A stretch of DNA of 64,000 nt from Heterodontus francisci (lineage: Eukaryota). The notes beneath the pieces were generated by a model. That model searched no databases. It worked only from the letters and a program-made list of their open reading frames with translations, and was not told the origin of the DNA. Below are positions 24,401 to 36,400 of the stretch, one piece after another (the stretch's first letter is position 1; the number at the start of each line of letters is the position of its first letter). Where the stretch lies: positions 94,334,211-94,398,210 of the forward strand of contig NC_090371.1 of assembly GCF_036365525.1 (NCBI RefSeq), read 5' to 3'. The position numbers and the translations under genes were made by a program.

Positions 24401-27400
24401 TTGGGTTCGACTTCTGGGTTCTCCCGCACTTTACCAACCTCTCTCAATCCCGGCGAGTCAGACAAGTTAAAATCCAGCCATAGTAAATGTTAAAGGGGAG
24501 GACCAGAAGCAAAGAACATAAACTGATTCAAGCCACTCGAATGCATGTTTCTGAAGAGAAGAGATTGAGAGATGGGGTTATGATCAAGCAAAAATGCATA
24601 GACTTAGCAGAATTAATGGCCATTGCCTGTCTCTTTTTTCAAGTATGTTTCTGCTATATTTCTTTTATCTTCTGTCTCATTCTCAGGTTTCTTTTAAGAT
24701 GAAATTCGAATTCAATACCTCGCATCTCCTTGGTGATGTTTACTTACACTTGGAGGCAACAAGGTACAGAAAAACATTTAATAATTTTGAAGAGTCTGGG
24801 ATCAATTTAATGTCGTATTATGGCAAAAAGTATATGCAGAACTGAGAATAGAAGTTGCATGTTAAAATTTATTGAATAAATAATGTTAATTTAATGAACT
24901 CTGCATTCTGGAATGCGGACTCGAGGTCCTAAAAGAAGAACCAAGATTGTATTTTAATGCAAAAATTTACAATGTGACATTTTTGCAGAATCATTTTGAG
25001 ACTGTAGGAACTTACTTTTTTAGATAAAATACACCAGACTGAAATGACTAAATGTTGATTTGATTTTAAGCTGAAAGTACAGAAGACAGTGATTCTGTGA
25101 AATATAAATTCTATTTTTAATATTTCAGTGACAGTAGTGAACTAAATGAAACTTTAAGTGACAATGAAGTCACCATCTCAATTCCAGTATTGTATGAAGC
25201 TGGGCTGCTCTTTTCAAGGTAACATTTACTTACAGATTGAGAAAATCAAGCTATCATTACCCACTTTGCATCTGCTAAGGCTACATCAATATAAGGTGCA
25301 CATGAAAGCAAAAAATGATGGCATATCAGAAGGCACTATCCCAAATTTGTCACATGGTTGTGTGAATACTGCTGTATACAAATGTTAGCAGTACAGTGGG
25401 TGTCCTACATTGGTAGGACATCAACAAAGAATGATGTTTAGTGTTTGAAACTCATGTTGTATATTGTTAGACATTTAAAAGTGGTTTTAGTTAGCCTTTC
25501 TGAAAGTTAACATTATATAAAGCTCGAAAAAAAATTACAAACATGTCAAATGTACATTAACTAGTGGTGCATTGAATTGATAGAATATGAATAATACCTA
25601 CATTGTCATCATAGACAATGCTCGGAATGATTATGTATAAAGCACAAATCCATAATTTTGCCCATCTCTGACAGCATTGTAATCTCAGTTACAAAACTGG
25701 CCTCATGACTGCTGGAATTGTCGAGACAGTAGCATACCTTATCAACAAGGCACAGTAATTTTGCCAGTCTCACTGCAATGTGCAGTAATGTGTGTGCGAC
25801 TCTGCATTCATTTTAGTCAGACTGAAAGACAAATACAAAGCGAGACATCTGCTTTCTGTCACTTAAGTGCTTTTTCTTCCTTGTCTCAGGATTATAAAGG
25901 ATGACCATTTTAAAATAGCAGCTAATGATACAATTCCTGATGTTATTAAAAGCATAGAGGAGATTGGTGATGCAGCAGACATCACTTATATGGTAAGGAA
26001 AAGCAACATTTTAATTGAACAGAAGGTAAAGCACGAACCAGAGATTAAATTGAACACCTGTTTGTTAGCAAGTTATTATCAGTTGTTTATCAAGTCAGAA
26101 TACCATGTTTGCCCTGCATTTTTTAAACTATATGTAGAGTACTATAGTGAATACTAAATATAGAAAGAAAATGCGATTATGTTATGCCAACTATTTTTCA
26201 GGAAGTTGTGGAAATGACAAGGATGTTGTTCTTGCCAATGTTTTTGCCTGTGAAAACCGACTGGAAAGAAATTAACAGTACAATTCAGGAAGCTTGTTGT
26301 ATGGATTGGGGAGATAACTGATGCTAAAAATTTCCAGACATGGCCACAATTTTTAAATGATTTGCATGAAATTGCTCCCCTTCTGGTCACCTGTAAGGAA
26401 TGGCCCTGATCTTTGAGTTGTTCTCTCTGGTGACAAAAGGCTACTTGGTGTCCGTAACTCACCTGCTGGAAGATAATGACCTACTCTAAGGCAGAGTCCA
26501 GGATATTCCTTCTGAATACCACCCATTTTTGGATGCATAGGGATGGAAAATAGAAGAAAATGTGACAGGAAGGCCTCCTGCTGAATCCCTGCCCCTGATA
26601 ATAACTGGAGAAATTTTGCTCTGTTCGCCATTGGTGGAACACAGTCTGCTGTGCCCCCATTCCTCCATATGTAAGTGACAGGAGGAAAACGGGACATTTT
26701 CATGACATCGCCTCGACAATGTCTCCCAGAAACAATGGTGGTGAAAATTGATAATACCGAAAATGGGCATGAGGATCGCAATGCACAATTACCCGTGCCT
26801 GCTGCTTCCAATGCAGGCAGCCCACATACTTTGTGCTGCCTGCTAATTTTAATACTTGTAGTATGCAGACAGAATTAAGTGCACTGTTGAGTGGCTGCAC
26901 GACTGAGCAAGGGGTGCAAACTCGTGAGAGGCTAGCACTAGTTCAAGCTAGCCTGCACTACATAAAGCAAGCTTGCACCTCTTAAAGAGGCAGTGCATTG
27001 TGGCTGGAGCAGGTGGTGGAATTCATTCTACAACTTATCTGATTCTGACCTGGAAAAGACAGTCTGGACTGGCTGGCTGACAGGTAACAGCAAAGCACTA
27101 GCAGAGAGGCAGTGGTGGGTGGATGAATGTTGTCACCCTGAGCGAGGACAGCATGTTTGTACTCCATGGAGCCACTGCCACTCCCCTGGGTGATGCCTCA
27201 GCAATCCTAGCAATGTTTTGGAGGACATATTGCTGGGCTACTTTGTTATCCTGCAATCCCTTTAACCACTGGTATTTGCCGCCACGGTGACAGCAGTCTG
27301 AGCTTGCTTGGCAGCGTTGAACTTGCAAAACAGCAGTCTGAGCTTCCACTGCAGCATTCAGACATTGGCTGGTTTCTGCTTGTGCTGCAATGGAAGCTCA

Positions 27401-30400
27401 AGTATCAGCCATCAGACGCTGCATCATGGCTGGGTCCACAGTGTAGTAGTGGAGTTGGAAAGCATGGACTGCAAGCTCTGTGAAAAGCCCCGTGTCAGAT
27501 TGGTGCCAACATCCTCCATGATCCTTGATATTGAGCACAGGCATTCTGGCAGGCATGCAATGCAACATGCATTTCATTGTATAAACCCATCAGCAGTCTT
27601 CTATATGCCGTCCCATCAAAGTATTCATTCAAGTCCTCTGCAGCAGAACTCATGCAGGCCACTTGTGGCCAGTGTCTCACCACGTGATGATCCCACCTCT
27701 CAGGTAAGCTCTAAAAGTGTGAGCAAGTGTCAGTATCTGAGCTGGTGGCTGCAGGTATGAGAGCAAGTGATGGTGTTTCTTCTTCATCACTGTCTTCCAG
27801 TTCGTCAACCTCTTGTCCAGACTGCCTCCCCAGATTCCAGTTCTTTGGTATTTGAAAGAAGAAAGGCACAAGGGTAGGATTGTAGTGAGGAAAGGAAGAG
27901 GTACATCCTTACACCATCTACAGCTTGTAAATCAGAAAAGATTATGGGATGAGGGAGAAGGAGGATTCATTATGATAGTGTCATCGTTAATGGTTTCAGC
28001 CCCAGCTGCTGATCACAGCTTCAGTCATGGCTGCTCCAATGATACAGAACACCGTCTCCTCCATGGTTGTGAGGACATGCAGCCCTGCCTGCAATGCCGG
28101 TTAGGTGCTTTTCCTCCAGTTATTCACCACCTTATCCTGCAAGGGAGAGGCAAGTGAGGTTCGTAGTGCAGTTTGTAGGACGTGGTATTTGAAGATTCAT
28201 TCACTGATCTTGATCACTCGTGTGAAGTCATTGAACTTCTTCTGCGGGTCTGTGGAATCGACTGCTGACCACAGCAATCTTCCCACTGCCTTTGCATTGT
28301 TTGTCTGGAGGGCCTCCTGTGGATAGATGACATCTCTCCTCCTTACCACAACCTGCTTCAAGGCCACCAGTGCATTGTTGGAAAATCTTGGAGCACGCTT
28401 TTCGTCATCTTGTGCCATTCTTGTGTCTTTCCCATGTCAAAATCACTTTTAGAAAAACTCCCAGCACCTGCTCCAGCCAAAATGCGCCTCCACTTTAAAA
28501 GGTGCAGGCTGGCTTTAAGTGGTGCACTTAGCACTGGCTGCATGCTACAATCATTTAAATTAGAAAGCAGTACAGAATTTGTGTGGAAAAATAATAGACA
28601 CAACGGGCATGGGTTAATCACGCATTGTGATCCCCAAATGCATTTTCGGGGTTATCGAATTTTGCAGCCTCTCTCTTTTAAACTCTTTCAGCCTCTGAAA
28701 CACTGCAGATGGCAGACTCCCAGTGGAAGGTCAAAAAAGCATCAAGTCCACCACAAATATATAATTAATCTATAATAATGGTCCTGGCAAAATGAATGGG
28801 AGAATGATAGAGGCCCAATGGCCATAAGTCCAGCCTATCCCACTGCTAATAGAAGCCTCACCAATGAGAGAAATTTAAGGACTGAATTTCAACCTAACTA
28901 TATCACAAAACTGGTATTTGGAAATGAAAAGTAGTGATTTGAATAGATCTTGTCATCTGAGAATGAAAATTTTGCTAATGCCAATTTTGGTGAAAAGACG
29001 AGTGTGTACAAATTGGGATATTTTTGTATGTGTGCTGGCTTTTCACTAAAATTAACAACAGAAAGAATTTCACCGCACCACAGGCAAGTTTCTACAATGA
29101 TTATTGTGCAATGACTCAATTAGTGACATTGTAGTGCCGATCGTTTCTGTCTGAGAAAATGTGCTATGTTACCACTAGTAATTAAAACAATTCTGATCGG
29201 ATCAAATGCTCCTAAAATGCTCTCTTTTTGTTTTACTCCCAGATCCACAATGATGGAGTTTTTCCAATTTCACATCTTAAAATGACTATAACATTCCCAT
29301 ATATATCTCCTGAAAACAATACTCTTCTATATTTGACTGGAATGGCATTTTCTTCCGTAAGTTACCATTTTACAGTTTGATGGTTGATTTTGTTTTTTCA
29401 CTCAGTACAGTAAATACGGAGCCCGAATGTTCTTGGTATTCTCTCTAAAATTTAGAACGATATTTGATTGGAGTGTTATCAAAGGACACAAGGGATTATT
29501 CAGTGATCTCTGCTCCCAACGTGAGGCTTCACTTAGTAGAAGCATTCTTTGGAGAATCTGCATCACAATTCTGCAGTTTATCTCTGATCTGCAACACATT
29601 ACTGCAGTTTATCTCCAGATCTGCAGATTCTATATGCTGGTTTCTATTTTCTGACTGTCTTTTTAACACCTAAAAATCTTCGTCATCATTTAAATGCTGC
29701 CATAAATGTTACTACAAAACAATGGTCTTCAATAAAACACAAAAATGATAATAAAGGGAGTGAGTGGCTGAAAGTGATTGCAAACAAATAGCCTCATCTT
29801 TTTCTTTTGGGCCTCCTTATCTCGAGAGACAATGGATACGCGCCTGGAGGTGGTCAGTGGTTTGTGAAGCAGTGCCTGGAGTGGCTATAAAGGCCTATTC
29901 TAGAGTGACAGGCTCTTCCACAGGTGCTGCAGAGAAATTTGTTTGTCGGGGCTGTTGCACAGTTGGCTCTCCCCTTGCGCCTCTGTCTTTTTTCCTGCCA
30001 ACTACTAAGTCTCTTCGACTTGCCACATTTTAGCCCTGTCTTTATGGCTGCCCGCCAGCTCTGGCAAATGCTGGCAACTGACTCCCACGACTTGTGATCA
30101 ATGACAATGTGATCAAACAAATAGCCTCATCAGTAATGTGATAAAGCAGTGAAGTGAATCTCAACATTGTCATCGAAAGAAATTGGAGCCAAAAATCCGA
30201 GGCCTAAGCAACCCAGCATAAGTGCCAGGATGCACCCAGCCATGACCTTTGGGCAAGCTGGGAATCCCATTGGAAGGGTAACCTATCCAAAAAAGGGAGC
30301 TGAAAGCCCCCTAGAAACAGCTTTTTTGTGTCCAACGATCACCTTTAAGGAACTGAATAAATCTCACACCTTTTAAAAGACTTTGAGATTCCTGGCCAAG

Positions 30401-33400
30401 TCCTAGGCCTGGATGCACAAGGTGGGTCTCACTTTGCCAATGTCCCACCAAGCCAAAAGTGCCAGAAATCCATGCCGGGAAGGTCTTGCCCCTAAGAAAT
30501 ACCCCTTCCTAAGTCACTGGAATACATTGGAAGGGTACTGGAATTTTGCCTGTTATTGCTATCGTGTAAAGAAATTTCATTAAGTGAGCATTGCTAATCA
30601 TATCTGAATATGGTTGCACCAAAGGTGCCACCAATGAGGCCTACTTGCTCATTACAGTTCAAAAACTATAAGGAGGGGATAATTTAGGAATTCTTTTAGG
30701 TTTGGGCTAATGTCACCTAAAAATCATAGCATAAGCAGTAATTAGATTTCCATTACAAGAAAAACACAGTAGTGCACAGGCAATTTTTCCCTAGCCTCCA
30801 TTATCATAGCTCCGAGTTTCAGGCCTCCATATCCTCACATTCAAACCTTTGGCCTCTCAGTAGGAACTGATCTTCGAGTCCGACGACAGCTTCAGCCTTT
30901 GACTTTTCTCTTTGTTCTTCCTGTAATCCTCAATGTCTGCAGGCAATTTAACAGACCTGCCTAGCCCCTGCCTCTGCCTTTTGAAGTGTACTCTAATCTA
31001 AATATCAGGCCTAACTGCACCTGCTCTGCTTCAGAGCGTTTGCAATACTTTGGTCATAAGCCTTGTCAATGACTTTAATTTCTTTTTTTTTCATCTTTGT
31101 TTACCCGAAACTAATTTTAGGGAAATAAAACCAGATCACAATTTTTTTTTTACCTTGTACATATTTCTGATCAAAGCATTGATCATTTGGTAGTACTGCT
31201 TACTCTAGTTAAGTAGGCCAGAAAGGCTTCTACATGTTTCTACAACTAATAAAAGCTGACTGATAATTTTAAAAAAGCTAAGGGAGGTACTGGCGTAGTT
31301 GTAATATCACTGGACTACTAATCTGCAGCCCAGGCTAATGCACTGGGGACATAGGTTCAAATCCCACTATGGCAGATGGTGAAATTTGAATTCAGTTAAT
31401 AAATCTGGATTTAAAAGCTAGTCTAATAGTGACCATGGAACCATTGTCGATTGTTTGGAAAAACCCATCTGCTTCACTAAGGTCCTTTAGGGAAAGCAAT
31501 CTGATGGCCTACGTGTGACTCCAGGCCCACAGCAATGTGATTGACTCTTAATGAAGGAAAAAAAACAAAATAGCTGTTTCCTCAAAAATGTGAAATAATA
31601 AGTCATTACCTCAGCGGGGCATGGATTTTTCATACCTCAACCTGCAGGTATTCCCAAAATGTCAACACTTCTGATGCAGGAAGAAATACTCCACATGAAA
31701 GCATAGTTTGTAAAAGTGAAAGATTAAAATATTGCTGAAGTGTTGAATGCTTTTTCTAGCATTTTGGAGCTAACTCTAATTTTCAAGCCAAAAATAATTT
31801 ATCCGAGATCATTTACAGACATTTCAAACATGAAGATAAAGGAATTGTACGGATTCCAATGCAACTTTACAGGGACAGGTTCCTTCCCTGGAAATAGCCA
31901 CAGATACTGCATCAGCCCTCACTTCACCCATACCACTTGTGAAACCCTGACTCATGCTTATGTTATGTCACTTCTCAATTTAGTGAACATCTTTCTCACA
32001 GTTATACAAACTCCAACTCATCCAAACTATTTCTGCCATGGTTCTGATGAAAGGTCATCGACCTGAAACATTCTCTCTCCACAGATGCTGCCAGTATTTC
32101 CAGCACTTTCTGTTTTTACATCTACCACTTACCTGCCATTTTCCTATCTTGTTCATATCTTCCTGTAATCTTGTGCATTCTTCTTATTGGTTATACACAA
32201 AGACCAAACTGGTCCTGACAATCCCTAAGCACCTCACGAGCCAACACTGGTCAGTTTGAGTAACGAACAATTACCACGACCCTTTAATGTCACTTCAGTG
32301 GAAATTTTGCTTCTTAGTGTCCAGGAGAAGAATGATTAGACTTCAATCTGTCTCACCTAGCACAGAAACCACGTGACACAGCTATATATTTATAGTGGAA
32401 CTAAAAGAAAGAACACACGTGTATTTATATATTGCTTTTCATGACCTCAATATCTCAAACTACTTCAAAGTCAAGGAATTGCTTTTGAAATATAGCCAAG
32501 TGTTGGTTTATCAGCAAATACAGCAATCAGTTTGCCCAAAACAACGTCCCACAAATAATAATGAGACAAATAACCAGTTTCCATCAGGAGAACTTCCTTG
32601 ATCAGTATGTTCTCAGCCCAACTAGAAAAGAGGCATTGCTGATTCTGGTGCTGGGAAATGAGGTGGGCCAAATGGACCAAGTGTCAGTGGGGAGCAGTTA
32701 GGTAAGAGTGATCATTGTATCATAAAGTTTAGATTAGTAATGCAGAATAGAAAAGAACAAAACAAGGAAGAATGTCTCGATTGAAAGAAGGCTGATTTCA
32801 ACGCAATGAGAAGGGATCTAGCCAGGGTAGAATGTATCCAAAGACTGACAGGAAGAGCTGTATCGGAACAGTGGGTTGTCTTAAAGGAAGAGATGCTTCA
32901 GGTACAGGTTAGGAACATTCCAACAAGGGTGAAAGGCAAGGGAACCAAGAATAGGGCTGCTTGGTTGATGTGGGAGATAGGGATGATGAAGAAACAAAAA
33001 AGAGGGTGTGTGATGCATGTCAGCCGAACTCATCAAGTGAGAACCAGGTGAAGAGGAAAATAAGAACGGCAAAGAGAGAATATGAAAATAGAATCGTAGG
33101 CAACATTAACAGGAACCTAAAGATCTTCTACCAGATGTAAATGGTAAGCAAGTAATAAGAGGAGGAATGGGGCCTATTAGGGACAGAAAGGATAATATAG
33201 GCTTAGAGGCACAGGGCAAGGCTAATATACTTAATGAATACTTTGTATCAGGGTTCACTAAGGAAATGGAGGGTGACAAAATATCAGTAGAAGCAGAAAG
33301 AGTAGAGGCAATGGATAGGATAAAAATTGAGAGGAGATGGGACTAAAAAGGCTGGTCATATGCTGAGGGTAGATAGGTCACCTGGTCCAGATGGCTTGCA

Positions 33401-36400
33401 TCTTACAGGGCATGATAGGGTTGCTGTAGATAGGGTGTTTCCCCTGGCTTGTGAGTCCAGAACAAGAGGACATAATCGCAGAATAAGGAGTAGGCCATTT
33501 AGGACTAAGCTGAGGAGGAATTTCTTCACTCAGAGGGTGGTGAATCTTTGGAATTCTCTATCCCAGAGGGCTGTGGAAGCTCAATCATTGAGTATGTTCA
33601 AGACAGAAATCGATAGATTTCTGGAGACAAATGACATCAAGGGATATGGAGATAGTTGGGAAAGTGGCATTGAGGCATATGATCAGCCATGGAGCAGGCT
33701 CGATGGGCTGAATGGCCTACTCCTATTCCTATGTTCCTATGACAGTGAAGGAATGGTGATTTAGTTCCAAGTCAGGATAGTGTGTGGCTTGGAGGGAAAC
33801 CTGCAGGTGGTGGTGTTCTGATATTCCTGCTGCTCTTCTTTCCGGTGCGAGAGGTCATGGGTTTGGAAGTGGCTGTCAAAGAAGCCTCAGCGAGTTACTG
33901 CAGTGCATCTTGTAAGTGGCATGCACAGCTGTCACTGTGCACCAGTGATGGGGGAAGTGAATGCTTAAAGTGGTGGATGGCGTACCAATCAAATGGGCTG
34001 CTTTGTCTTGGATGTTGTCGAGCTTCTTGAATGTTGTTGCAGCTGCATTCAGGCAGGCTAGTGGGCAGTATACTATCACACTCTTGGTTTGTGCCCTGTA
34101 GATGGTGGACAGGCTTTGGGGAGTCAGGGATTGGATCACTCACCACAGAATTCCCAATCTCTGACTTGCTCTTGTAGCCACAGTATTTATATGGCTGGTC
34201 CAGTTAAGTTTCTGTGTTTTTTTAATAGACAGCAAAATTACAGGCTGACAACGGCACAGCAAAAGACTAGCCATTGATTCTATCTTTTAACACAACAGCC
34301 CTCTGATACCATTACATTGCCAATCACAATTTTAGGTACATAATTATTGTTTTATGCATAATTCAATGATTTCACTTCGTTGCTGCCTCCCATGGGGTTT
34401 TTAGTCAGTTCTGAATGTATCTGTATTAGCCAATGTTAATTCATGTATCTGGCATTTGCTGTTTCAAAACTTATTTCTATTTATTTTGTTTCCACCTGGC
34501 AGAATAATTTAGTCAGCTGTCATGACTCACTATTCATGGATCCCCTGAAGATACGAACTAAAAAACCTCACAAACCAGCCCCAGAGGAGGAGCATCTCAT
34601 AAACACCATTGGGGTAATTACAGTCTTGTCAGACTTTGTGTATACACAGAGGATAGAACAGGGGTACAACAGTGCATTGAGTGTAGTTTTGGACTAACAT
34701 CACAGAGGTTGAAAATTCAAATATTGCCATGACATGCTGTGAAATGGAATTGAATAGATCTTGTAATTTGTGAGCTGGTTAACTGGGAAAAAAGGCCACA
34801 AAGCTAGATTTTAGTAAAACCCTCATTGGTTCACAGATGTCATTTAGGGAAGAGAACCTAGTGCCCCTAATCAGTCTGATTATACTCCCACAATAGTTTT
34901 TTTTTCATTCTTGGGATGCGTGCATTGCTGGCGAACCCAGATCTTATTATCCATCCCTAGTTGCCCCTGACCTGGTGGTGATGGACCTTTTTGAACCATG
35001 GCAGAGCATGTAGTGAAGATGCCCCCACAATGCTGTTAGGTAGGGAATACCAGGGCTGTCTCTTGATGCCCATTGAGTTGGCCGAGCTAGCAATTCAGCT
35101 GTAAAAGCAATTGCCACCACATACTCAGGCAACTATAGATGTGACCATGTCAGTGATGCACGTACCCTGAGAATAAGCAAAAAAAACCAGAATGGTAGTG
35201 TTCACATCATTTTAATGTTATCTTTACATTATTAAGAACAGAAAGTTATGTTTGTACGTGATTCTATTTCCTGTAGGTAACTCTACTGAAAAATAGTTAT
35301 TCACTGACAAACATTTGCGAGACAATTGACAATAACCTTTTCAACATTTCCTAACAGATGTGTAAAAATAATGCAGGATGTGCCTACTTTTTCTGCACTA
35401 TATATCCATCGAGTCTGGTCCAATTTAATATGTCACTAAGAATATGGAAACCTACGTTTATTCAAGTAAGTGAAATGGATTTACTGGTCACAGTTTGCAT
35501 AAATAAAAATATAATAAATTCTTCTGCCAATATTACCATTTCTGGCTTCAGTTTGTTTTATATTTCAATTACTTTTACGTTTCCCTTAGATGCTCTCATC
35601 ACAGCCGCTTATAGTTAAACTATCTTCTTCAGTAGGAAAATCAAGTTTTTATACGTTACATTGAGCTGAATTTTACTGGGATGGCATAAGTTCCACCATT
35701 AGGTCTGAAAGCAAGAAGAGACCTCGCTTCAGCGGGTGGTGGTACCCCTGGGCTGCATTTTGCTTGTGGCAACCAAATGGTTGCCGCCAGGCCTGTTATT
35801 CTATTAAGGATGCTGGTCCGCCCCCAAGAGCTGCCAGCCAATCAGAGGACAGGCAGGTCAGCAGCACCACTGCTTAATGGTCGGGCACATTCAAAGACAA
35901 GTGAGCTCTCTAAGACAGGTAACTTATGTTGGGGGTAGCCAGGGCCATTGCCACGGGGCAGCCATTGCTGCCAGGGGGCCCTCCATGGACCATGGAGTGT
36001 CTGAAAAGGAAGTCAGCACAACAGAAGCCACTGGGAGGCTGCCAGGTTTCCCTGGGCGGTCTCCTCCACGGCGACAAGTCCCTCAACATGGGCAAAATGC
36101 CCACTGAGGTGGGAGGGGGGCCTTCATTGGCTCAGTTGACCTCCCAGTGGGCATTCAATCTGCCAACTTTCCCACTGCTGGCAAAATGGCATGGCGCCAG
36201 GAAGACGTTGGTCAGCAGCCCCTGCCCCTCCCCTCCCCCCCAAATGCCTTCCCGTGCAATTTTGCTCACCTCCCACCTCCAGTCAACCCCAAAAGGGCCT
36301 GGAAAATTCTGGCCATTCTCTCCTTGGCAGGTTGATTAGAGATTTGTTTCTTCAGGGCAGGTCTGCTCCTTTTCCCTATCTAAGCTGCAAGATGAAGCAT

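Noticed and set aside
23787-24437. Proline-rich 160-aa ORF and Gly-rich antisense ORFs
   Set aside because: C-rich low-complexity DNA lacks stop codons by composition; it lies in an intron within a repeat.
31283-31380. tRNA-like A and B boxes as a tRNA gene
   Set aside because: No complete cloverleaf; it continues into a multi-copy SINE body.
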